This document shows positions 48,001 through 61,100 of a DNA stretch of 64,000 nt, piece by piece. Where the stretch lies: NCBI RefSeq assembly GCF_009914755.1, contig NC_060948.1; one strand, 5' to 3'. The notes beneath the pieces are model-generated. The model had not been told where the DNA came from. It made no database searches and worked only from the letters and a program-made list of their open reading frames with translations. A program made the translations under genes and the position numbers. The stretch is from the human T2T-CHM13v2.0 reference genome, Homo sapiens. Numbering within the stretch: the first letter of the stretch is position 1; the number at the start of each line of letters is the position of its first letter.

Positions 48001-51000
48001 GAGAATGGAAACAAATGGAATGGAATTGAATGGAATGGAATTGAATGGAATGGGAACGAATGGAGTGAAATTGTATGCAGTAGAAGAGAATAGAATGGAA
48101 TGCAAGCGAAAGGAAAGGAATGGATTGGAATGGAATGGAATTCATTGGAATGGAAGGGAATGTAGTGTAATGGACAGGCCTGGAATAAAGTGGAATGCTA
48201 CGGTCTCGAATGGAATAAAAATGTATGGAATGGAATGCAATGAAACGGAATCGAATGTCATAGAATGTAATGGAATGCAAAAAAATGGACTCCAAAATCA
48301 TTGACTGGAAAGGCTGGGTGTCGAAAGGAATTGACTCCAATGGAATGGAAGTGAATAGAATGGAACTAAATCGAATGGAATGGAATTGATAGGAACGGAA
48401 TGGAAAGGAATGCAATGATTTGGTATGGAATGGAATCGAATGGCATCGAATGGAATGGAATGGAATGCAATGGAATGGAATGTATTAGAATGTAATGAAC
48501 TTTAATGGAATGTACTCGAATGGATTCGACTGGAATGGAATGTTCTCGAAGTGAATGGACTCCAATGGAATGGATTCGAAAGGAATGGAATCTAATGGAA
48601 TGGAATTAAATGGAAATGAATCAAATTGAATAGAACGGAATTGAATTGAATGGAATCGAATGCAATGGAATCTAATGAAACGGAAAGGAAAGGTATGGAA
48701 TGGATTGGAATGGAATGGGCTGGAATGGAATGGAATCGAAACGAATGGAATGGAATCGAACTGAAGAGACTGGAATGGAATGCACTGGCATGGAAGGGAA
48801 TGTAATGGAAGGTTCTCGAAAAAAATGGAATCGAAAGGAATGGAATTGAATGGAACGGAATAGAGTCGAATGGAATTCAATGGAATGGAATGGACTAGAG
48901 TGAAATGGAATCGAACCACAAGGAATGGACAGGAATAGAATGGTCTCGAATTGAATGGAATCGTATGGAATGGCATCAAACGGAATGGAATGGACAGCCA
49001 CGGAATGGAATGGACAGCCACGGAATGGAATGCACTCGAATGCAATGGAGTCGACACTAATGGACTGGAATAGAATGGACTCGACTGGTACGGACTCCAA
49101 TGGAATGGAATCGAATGGAAGGGAATCGAACGGAATGGACTCGAAGGGAAAAGACTGCAATGGAAAGGTCTCCAATGGAATGGAAATTAATGGAATGGAA
49201 TGGAATCGAATGAAATGGAGTCAAAAGGAATGGAATCGAATGGCAAGAAATCGAATGTAATGGAATCGCAAGGAATGGATGTGAACGGAACGGAATGGAA
49301 TGGAATCCAAAGGAATGGAATAGAATGGAATGGAATCGAATGGAAAGGACTCGAATGGAAATCACTCGAATAGAATGCAATTTAATAAAATAGGATCAAA
49401 TGTAATGGAATGGAATGGAAAGGAATCGAAACGAAAGGAATGGAGACAGATGGAATGGAATGGAACAGAGAGCAATGGTATAGAATGGAATGGAATCATC
49501 TGGAATGGAATTGAATGGAATGGAATAATATGAAATGGAAAGGAATGGAATGGAATGCCCTTGAATTAAATGGACTGGAATGGAATGGACTCGAACGGAG
49601 TGGAATGGAAAGTGTTGAAATAGAATGGAATGGACTCGTTTGGAATGGTCTAGTATGCAATGCAATCGACTGGCAGGGAATCAAAAGGAATGTAATCGAA
49701 TGGATTGGACTGGAATGCAATGGACTCGAATAGATTGGAAACGGAAAGCAAAGGAATGGAATGGAATAGTATGGAATGCAATGGAAAGGAATGGAGTGGA
49801 ATAGACTAGAGTGGAATGGAATGGACTCGAAAGCAATGGACTGGAATGGAACTTTCTTGAATGGACTGGAATCAAACGGAATGGAATGCAATGCAATCAA
49901 ATGGCATGGAATAAAATAGAATGAAAGAGAATGAAATGGAATTGAATCGAATGGAATCGAATGGATTGGAAAGGAATAGAATGGAATGGAATGGAATTGA
50001 CTCAAATGGAATGGACTAGAATGGAATGGATTCGAATGGAAGGCAAAGGAATGGAATCTATTGGAATGGACTGTAATGGAATGGAATGGAAGGGATTGGA
50101 ATGGACTCGAATGGAATGGACTGCAATAGAAAGGATTCGAATGGAATGAAAAAGAATTGAATGGAATAGAACAGAATGGAATCAAATCGAATGAAATGGA
50201 ATGGAATAGAAAGGAATGGAATGAAATGGAATGGAAAGGATTCGAATGGAATGCAATCGAATGGAATGCAATCGAATGGAATGGAATCGAACGGAATGGA
50301 ATAAAATGGAGGAAAACTGGCAAGAAATGGAGTCGAAATGAATGGAGTGTTATGGAACCGACTCAAAAGGAATTGAATGTAATAGAATGGAGTGGAGTGG
50401 ACTCGAATATAATGGACTGGAATGGAATGAAATCACATGGAATGGGAACGAATGGAATGGAATGGAAAGGAATGGAATCGAATGGAAAGGAATCGAATGG
50501 AAGGGAATGAAATTGAATCAACAGGAATGGAAGGGAGTAGAATAGACGGTAATGGAATGGACTCGAATAGAATGGACACGAATGCTCAAATTGAATGGAC
50601 TCGAATGGAATGGAAACGAAAGGAATGTCATCGAATGGAATTGAATCGATTGGAATGAAATCACATAGAATGGAGTGGAATCAAATGGAATTGAATCGAA
50701 AGGAAAGGAAGCGAATGGACTGAAATGAAATGGAATGGAATTGAATGGAAATTAATGCAATGGAATAGAATGGAACGAAATTTCACGGAATGGAATCAAA
50801 CTGAATGGAATCAAATCAATGGAATATAATCAAATGGAATGGAAAGGAATTGAATGGAGTAGATTGGATTGGATGGGATTGGAATGAAATGTACTGGAAA
50901 GGACTCGAATTTCATGAAACGGAATGGAATGAATTGGAACGGAATGGACTCGAATGGAATGGAATGTCATGGAATGGCATCAAATGGAATGGCATCAAAT

Positions 51001-52149
51001 GGAATGGAATCGAATGCAGTGGAATGCTATGGAATGGAATGGAATGCATTGGAATGGAATGTCCTCTAATGGAATGGATTCGAGTGGAATGGAATCGAAT
51101 ATAATGGAGTCGATTGAAATGGAATTGAAAGGAATGGGATCGAATACAATGGAATATACTGGAATGTAATGTAATGAACTTGAATGTAATTGACTGGAAT
51201 GTAATGTACATGAATGGAATGTAATCGAATGGAAAGTAATCCAATGGAATAGAATCTAATGCAATAAAATCGACTCAGATAGAGTAGAATGTAATGGAAT
51301 GGAGTGCAGTGCAATGGAATGGAATGGAATGGAATGCAATGGAATGGAATGGAATGGAATGGAATGGAATGGAATGGAATGGAATGGAATGGTGTGGAAT
51401 GGATAGTAATGGACTGGAGTGAAATGGACTGGAAATGAATGGATTCAAATGGAAAGGGCTCGAAAGGAATGGAGTCAAATGGAATGGTCTGGAATGGAAT
51501 GAACACGAATGTAATGCAATCCAATAGAATGGAATCGAATGGCATGGAATATAAAGAAATGGAATCGAAGAGAATGGAAACAAATGGAATGGAATTGAAT
51601 GGAATGGAATTGAATGGAATGGGAACGAATGGAGTGAAATTGTATGCAGTAGAAGAGAATAGAATGGAATGCAAGCGAAAGGAAAGGAATGGATTGGAAT
51701 GGAATGGAATTCATTGGAATGGAAGGGAATGTAGTGTAATGGACAGGCCTGGAATAAAGTGGAATGCTACGGTCTCGAATGGAATAAAAATGTATGGAAT
51801 GGAATGCAATGAAACGGAATCGAATGTCATAGAATGTAATGGAATGCAAAAAAATGGACTCCAAAATCATTGACTGGAAAGGCTGGGTGTCGAAAGGAAT
51901 TGACTCCAATGGAATGGAATCGAATGGAATGGAAGTGAATAGAATCGAACTAAATCGAATGGAATGGAATTGATAGGAACGGAATGGAAAGGAATGCAAT
52001 GATTTGGCATGGAATGGAAACGAATGGTATCTAACGGAATGGAATGTAATGTAATGGAATGGAATGTATTAGAATGTAATGAACTTTAATGGAATGTACT
52101 CGAATGGATTCGACTGGAATGGAATGTTCTGGAAGTGAATGGACTCCAA

Positions 52150-55100
52150 TGGAATGGATTCAAACGGAATGGAATCGTACAGAATGGAATCTAATGGAAT
52201 GGAATTAAATGGAAATGAATCAAATTGAATAGCACGGAATTGAATTGAATGGAATGGAATGCAATGGAATCTAATGAAACGGAAAGGAAAGGAATGGAAT
52301 GGAATGGAATGGGCTGGAATGGAAAGGAATCGAAACGAATGGAATGGAATCGAACTGAAGAGACTGGAATGGAATGCACTGGAATGGAAGGGAGTGTAAT
52401 GGAAGGTTCTCGAAAAAAATGGAATCGAATGGAATGGAATTGAATGGAACGGAATAGAGTCGAATGGAATTGAATGGAATGGAATGGACTAGAGTGAAAT
52501 GGAATCGAACCACAAGGAATGGACAGGAATAGAATGGTCTCGAATTGAATGGAATCGTATGGAATGGCATCAAACGGAATGGAATGGACAGCCACGGAAT
52601 GGAATGCACTCGAATGCAATGGAGTCGAAACTAATGGACTGGAATAGAATGGACTCGACTGGTACGGACTCCAATGGAATGGAATCGAATGGAAGGGAAT
52701 CGAACGGAATGGACTCGAAGGGAAAAGACTGCAATGGAAAGGTGTCGAATGGAATGGAAATTAATGGAATGGAATGGAATCGAATGAAATGGAGTCAAAA
52801 GGAATGGAATCGAATGGCAAGAAATCGAATGTAATGGAATCGCAAGGAATTGATGTGAACGGAACGGAATGGAATGGAATCCAAAGGAATGGAATAGAAT
52901 GGAATGGAATCGAATGGAAAGGACTCGAATGGAAATCACTCGAATAGAATGCAATTTAATAAAATAGGATCAAATGTAATGGAATGGAATGGAAAGGAAT
53001 CGAAACGAAAGGAATGGAGACCGATGGAATGGAATGGAACAGAGAGCAATGGTATAGAATGGAATGGAATCATCTGGAATGGAATTGAATGGAATGGAAT
53101 AATATGAAATGGAATGGAATGGAATGGAATGGAATGCCCTTGAATTAAATGGACTGGAATGGAATGGACTCGAACACAGTGGAATGGAAAGTGTTGAGAT
53201 AGAATGGAATGGACTCCTTCGGAATGGTGTAGAATGCAATGCAATCGACTGGCAGGGAATCAAAAGGAATGTAATGGAATGGATTGGACTGGAATGCAAT
53301 GGACTCGAATAGATTGGAAACGGAATGCAAAGGAATGGAATGGAATAGTATGGAATGGAATGGAAAGGAATGGAGTGGAATAGACTAGAGTGGAATGGAA
53401 TGGACTGGAAAGCAATGGACTGGAATGGAACTTTCTTGAATGGACTGGAATCAAACGGAATGGAATGCAATGCAATCAAATGGCATAGAATAAGATAGAA
53501 TGAAAGAGAATCAAATGGAATTGAATGGAATGGAATCGAATGGATTGGAAAGGAATAGAATGGAATGGAATGGAATTGACTCAAATGGAATGGACTAGAA
53601 TGGAATGGATTCGAATGGAAGGCAAAGGAATGGAATCTATTGGAATGGACTGTAATGGAATGCAATGGAAGTGATTGGAATGGACTCGAATGGAATGGAC
53701 TGCAATAGAAAGGATTCGAATGGAATGAAAAAGAATTGAATGGAATAGAACAGAATGGAATCAAATCGAATGAAATGGAATGGAATAGAAAGGAATGGAA
53801 TGAAATGGAATGGAAAGGATTCGAATGGAATGCAAACGAATGGAATGGAATCGAACGGAATGGAATAAAATGGAAGAAAACTGGCAAGAAATGGAATCGA
53901 AATGAATGGAGTGTTATGGAAGGGACTCAAAAGGAATTGAATGTAATAGAATGGAGTGGAGTGGACTCGAATATAATGGACTTGAATGGAATGAAATCAC
54001 ATGGAATGGGAACGAATGGAATGGAATGGAAAGGAATGGAATCGAATGGAAAGGAATCGAATGGAAGGGAATGAAATTGAACCAACAGGAATGGAAGGGA
54101 ATAGAATAGACCGTAATGGAATGGACTCGAATAGAATGGACACGAATGCTCAAATTGAATGGACTCGAATGGAATGGAAACGAAAGGAATGTCATCGAAT
54201 GGAATTGAATCGATTGGAATGAAATCGCATAGAATGGAGTGGAATCAAATGGAATTGAATCGAAAGGAAAGGAAGCGAATGGACTGAAATGAAATGGAAT
54301 GGAATTGAATGGAAAGTAATGCAATGGAATAGAATGGAACGAAATTTCACGGAATGGAATCAAACTGAATGGAATCAAATCAATGGAATCTAATCAAATG
54401 GAATGGAAAGGAATTGAATGGAGTAGATTGGATTGGATGGGATTGGAATGAAATGTACTGGAAAGGACTCGAATTTCATGAAACGGAATGGAATGAATTG
54501 GAACGGAATGGACTCGAATGGAATGGAATGTCATGGAATGGCATCAAATGGAATGGCATCAAATGGAATGGAATCGAATGCAATGGAATGCTATGGAATG
54601 GAATGGAATGCATTGGAATGGAATGTCCTCTAATGGAATGGATTCGAGTGGAATGGAATCGAATATAATGGAGTCGAATGAAATGGAATTGAAAAGAATG
54701 GGATCGAATACAATGGAATATACTGGAATGTAATGTAATGAACTCGAATGTAATTGACTGGAATGGAATGTATATGAATGGAATGTAATCGAATGGAAAG
54801 TAATCCAATGGAATAGAATCTAATGCAATAAAATCGACTCAGATAGAGTAGAATGTAATGGAATGGAGTGCAGTGCAATGGAATGGAATGGAATGGAATG
54901 CAATGGAATGGAATGGAATGGGATGGAATGGTATGGAATGGATAATAATGGACTGGAGTGAAATGGACTGGAAAGGAATGGACTCAAATTGAAAGGGCTC
55001 GAAAGGAATGGAGACAAATGGAATGGTCTGGAATGGAATGAACACGAATGTAATGCAATCCAATAGAATAGAGTCGAATGGCATGGAATATAAAGAAATG

Positions 55101-58100
55101 GAATCGAAGAGAATAGAAACAAATGGAATGGAATTGAATGGAATGGAATTGAATGGAATGGGAACGAATGGAGTGAAATTGTATGCAGTAGAAGAGAATA
55201 GAATGGAATGCAAGCGAAAGGAAAGGAATGGATTGGAATGGAATGGAATTCATTGGAATGGAAGGGAATGTAGTGTAATGGACAGGCCTGGAATAAAGTG
55301 GAATGCTACGGTCTCGAGTGGAATAAAAATGTATGGATTGGAATGCAATGAAACGGAATCGAATGTCATAGAATGTAATGGAATGCAAAAAAATGGAATC
55401 CGAAATCATTGACTGGAAAGGCTGGGTGTCGAAAGGAATTGACTCCAATGGAATGGAATCGAATGGAATGGAAGTGAATAGAATCGAACTAAATCGAATG
55501 GAATGGAATTGATAGGAACGGAATGGAAAGGAATGCAATGATTTGGCACGGAATGGAATCGAATGGCATCGAATGGAATGGAATGGAATGCAATGGAATG
55601 GAATGTATTAGAATGTAATGAACTTTAATGGAATGTACTCGAAAGGATTTGACTGGAATGGAATGTTCTGGAAGTGAATGGACTCCAATGGAATGGATTC
55701 GAAAGGAATGGAATCGTACGGAATGGAATCTAATGGAATGGAATTAAATGGAAATGAATCAAATTGAATAGCACGGAATTGAATTGAATGGAATGGAATG
55801 CAATGGAATCTAATGAAACAGAAAGGAAAGGAATGCAATGGAATGGAATGGGCTGGAATGGAAAGGAATCGAAACGAATGGAATGGAATCGAACTGAAGA
55901 GACTGGAATGGAATGCACTGGAATGGAAGGGAGTGTAATGGAAGGTTCTCGAAAAAAATGGAATCGAATGGAATGGAATTGAGTGGAACGGAATAGAGTC
56001 GAATGGAATTGAATGGAATGGAATGGACTAGAGTGAAATGGAATCGAACCACAAGGAATGGACAGGAATAGAATGGTCTCGAATTGAATGGAATCGTATG
56101 GAATGGCATCAAACGGAATGGAATGGACAGCCACGGAATGGAATGCACTCGAATGCAATGGAGTCGAAACTAATGGACTGGAATAGAATGGACTCGACTG
56201 GTACGGACTCCAATGGAATGGAATCGAATGGAAGGGAATCGAACGGAATGGACTCGAAGGGAAAAGACTGCAATGGAAAGGTCTCGAATGGAATGGAAAT
56301 TAATGGAATGGAATGGAATCGAATGAAATGGAGTCAAAAGGAATGGAATCGAATGGCAAGAAATCGAATGTAATGGAATCGCAAGGAATTGATATGAACG
56401 GAACGGAATGGAATGGAATCCAAAGGAATGGAATAGAATGGAATGGAATCGAATGGAAAGGACTCGAATGGAAATCACTCGAATAGAATGCAATTTAATA
56501 AAATAGGATCAAATGTAATGGAATGGAATGGAAAGGAATCGAAACGAAAGGAATGGAGACAGATGGAATGGAATGGAACAGATAGCAATGGTATACAATG
56601 GAATGGAATCATCTGGAATGGAATTGAATGGAATGGAATAATATGAAATGGAATGGAATGGAATGGAATGGAATGCCCTTGAATTAAATGGACTGGACTC
56701 GAACAGAGTGGAATGGAAAGTGTTGAGATAGAATGGAATGGACTCCTTTGGAATGGTCTAGTATGCAATGCAATCGACTGGCAGGGAATCAAAAGGAATG
56801 TAATGGAATGGATTGGACTGGAATGCAATGGACTCGAATAGATTGGAAACGGAATGCAAAGGAATGGAATGGAATAGTATGGAATGGAATGGAAAGGAAA
56901 GGAGTGGAATAGACTAGAGTGGAATGGAATGGACTGGAAAGCAATGGACTGGAATGAAACTTTCTTGAATGGACTGGAATCAAACGGAATGGAATGCAAT
57001 GCAATCAAATGGCATGGAATAAGATAGAATGAAAGAGAATCAAATGGAATTGAATCGAATGGAATCGAATGGATTGGAAAGGAAGAGAATGGAATGGAAT
57101 GGAATTGACTCAAATGGAATGGACTAGAATGGAATGGATTCGAATGGAAGGCAAAGGAATGGAATCTATTGGAATGGACTGTAATGGAATGGAATGGAAG
57201 GGATTGGAATGGACTCGAATGGAATGGACTGCAATAGAAAGGATTCGAATGGAATGAAAAAGAATTGAATGGAATAGAACAGAATGGAATCAAATCGAAT
57301 GAAATGGAATGGAATAGAAAGGAATGGAGTGAAATGGAATGGAAAGGATTCGAATGGAATGCAATCGAATGGAATGGAATCGAACGGAATGGAATAAAAT
57401 GGAAGAAAACTGGCAAGAAATGGAATCGAAATGAATGGAGTGTTATGGAACGGACTCAAAAGGAATTGAATGTAATAGAATGGAGTGGAGTGAACTCGAA
57501 TATAATGGACTGGAATGGAATGAAATCACATGGAATGGGAACGAATGGAATGGAATGGAAAGGAATGGAATCGAATGGAAAGGAATCGAACGGAAGGGAA
57601 TGAAATTGAATCAACAGGAATGGAAGGGAATAGAATAGACTGTAATGGAATGGACACGAATAGAATGGACACGAATGCTCAAATTGAATGGACTCGAATG
57701 GAATGGAAAGGAAAGGAAAGTCATCGAATGGAATTGAATCGATTGGAATGAAATCGCATAGAATGGATTGGAATCAAATGGAATTGAATCGAAAGGAAAG
57801 GAAGCGAATGGACTGAAATGAAATGGAATGGAATGGAATGGAAAGTAATGCAATGGAATAGAATGGAAAGAAATTTCACGGAATGGAATCAAACTGAATG
57901 GAATCAAATCAATGGAATCTAATCAAATGGAATGGAAAGGAATTGAATGGAGTATATTGGATTGGATGGGATTGGAATGAAATGTACTGGAAAGGACTCG
58001 AATTTCATGAAACGGAATGGAATGAATTGGAACGGAATGGACTCGAATGGAATGGAATGACATGGAATGGCATCAAATGGAATGGCATCAAATGGAATGG

Positions 58101-61100
58101 AATCGAATACAATGGAATGCTATGGAATGGAATGGAATGCATTGGAATGGAATGTCCTCTAATGGATTGGATTCGAGTGGAATGGAATCGAATATAATGG
58201 AGTCGAATGAAATGGAATTGAAAGGAATGGGATCGAATAGAATGGAATATACTGGAATGTAATGTAATGAACTCGAATGTAATTGACTGGAATGGAATGT
58301 ACATGAATGGAATGTAATCGAATGGAAAGTAATCCAATGGAATAGAATCTAATGCAATAAAATCGACTCAGATAGAGTAGAATGTAATGGAATGGAGTGC
58401 AGTGCAATGGAATGGAATGGAATGGAATGCAATGGAATGGAATGGAATGGAATGGAATGGGATGGAATGGGGTGGAATGGTATGGAATGGATAGTAATGG
58501 ACTGGAGTGAAATGGACTGGAAAGGAATGGACTCAAATTGAAAGGGCTCGAAAGGAATGGAGACAAATGAAATGGTCTGGAATGGAATGAACACGAATGT
58601 AATGCAATCCAATAGAATGGAGTCGAATGGCATGGAATATAAAGAAATGGAATCGAAGAGAATGGAAACAAATGGAATGGAATTGAATGGAATGGAATTG
58701 AATGGAATGGGAACGAATGGAGTGAAATTGTATGCAGTAGAAGAGAATAGAATGGAATGCAAGCGAAAGGAAAGGAATGGATTGGAATGGAATGGAATTC
58801 ATTGGAATGGAAGGGAATGTAGTGTAATGGACAGGCCTGGAATAAAGTGGAATGCTACGGTCTCAAATAGAATAAAAATGTATGGAATGGAATGCAATGA
58901 AACGGAATCGAATGTCATAGAATGTAATGGAATGCAAAAAAATGGAATCCAAAATCATTGACTGGAAAGGCTGGGTGTCGAAAGGAATTGACTCCAATGG
59001 AATGGAATCGAATGGAATGGAAGTGAATAGAATCGAACTAAATCGAATGGAATGGAATTGATAGGAACGGAATGGAAAGGAATGCAATGATTTGGCATGG
59101 AATGGAATCGAATGGCATCGAATGGAATGGAATGGAATGCAATGGAATGGAATGTATTAGAATGTAATGAACTTTAATGGAATGTACTCGAATGGATTCG
59201 ACTGGAATGGAATGTTCTGGAAGTGAATGGACTCCAATGGAATGGATTCAAAAGGAATGGAATCGTACGGAATGGAATCTAATGGAATGGAATTAAATGG
59301 AAATGAATCAAATTGAATAGCACGGAATTGAATTGAATGGAATCGAATGCAATGGAATCTAATGAAACGGAAAGGAAAGGAATGGAATGGAATGGAATGG
59401 GCTGGAATGGAAAGGAATCGAAACGAATGGAATGGAATCGAACTGAAGAGACTGGAATGGAATGCAGTGGAATGGAAGGGAGTGTAATGGAAGGTTCTCG
59501 AAAAAAATGGAATCGAATGGAATGGAATTGAATGGAACGGAATAGAGTCGAATGGAATTGAATGGAATGGAATGGACTAGAGTGAAATGGAATCGAACCA
59601 CAAGGAATGGACAGGAATAGAATGGTCTCGAATTGAATGGAATCGTATGGAATGGCATCAAACGGAATGGAATGGACAGCCACGGAATGGAATGCACTCG
59701 AATGCAATGGAGTCGAAACTAATGGACTGGAATAGAATGGATTCGACTGGTACGGACTCCAATGGAATGGAATCGAATGGAAGGGAATCGAACGGAATGG
59801 ACTCGAAGGGAAAAGACTGCAATGGAAAGGTCTCGAATGGAATGGAAATTAATGGAATGGAATGGAATCGAATGAAATGGAGTCAAAAGGAATGGAATCG
59901 AATGGCAAGAAATCAAATGTAATGGAATCGCAAGGAATTGATGTGAACGGAACGGAATGGAATGGAATCCAAAGGAATGGAATAGAATGGAATGGAATCG
60001 AATGGAAAGGACTCGAATGGAAATCACTCGAATAGAATGCAATTTAATAAAATAGGATCAAATGTAATGGAATGGAATGGAAAGGAATCGAAACGAAAGG
60101 AATGGAGACCGATGGAATGGAATGGAACAGAGAGCAATGGTATAGAATGGAATGGAATCATCTGGAATGGAATTGAATGGAATGGAATAATATGAAATGG
60201 AATGGAATGGAATGGAATGGAATGCCCTTGAATTAAATGGACTGGAATGGAATGGACTCGAACACAGTGGAATGGAAAGTGTTGAGATAGAATGGAATGG
60301 ACTCCTTCGGAATGGTGTAGTATGCAATGCAATCGACTGGCAGGGAATCAAAAGGAATGTAATGGAATGGATTGGACTGGAATGCAATGGACTCGAATAG
60401 ATTGGAAACGGAATGCAAAGGAATGGAATGGAATAGTATGGAATGGAATGGAAAGGAATGGAGTGGAATAGACTAGAGTGGAATGGAATGGACTGGAAAG
60501 CAATGGACTGGAATGGAACTTTCTTGAATGGACTGGAATCAAACGGAATGGAATGCAATGCAATCAAATGGCATAGAATAAGATAGAATGAAAGAGAATC
60601 AAATGGAATTGAATGGAATGGAATCGAATGGATTGGAAAGGAATAGAATGGAATGGAATGGAATTGACTCAAATGGAATGGACTAGAATGGAATGGATTC
60701 GAATGGAAGGCAAAGGAATGGAATCTATTGGAATGGACTGTAATGGAATGCAATGGAAGTGATTGGAATGGACTCGAATGGAATGGACTGCAATAGAAAG
60801 GATTCGAATGGAATGAAAAAGAATTGAATGGAATAGAACAGAATGGAATCAAATCGAATGAAATGGAATGGAATAGAAAGGAATGGAATGAAATGGAATG
60901 GAAAGGATTCGAATGGAATGCAAACGAATGGAATGGAATCGAACGGAATGGAATAAAATGGAAGAAAACTGGCAAGAAATGGAATCGAAATGAATGGAGT
61001 GTTATGGAAGGGACTCAAAAGGAATTGAATGTAATAGAATGGAGTGGAGTGGACTCGAATATAATGGACTTGAATGGAATGAAATCACATGGAATGGGAA

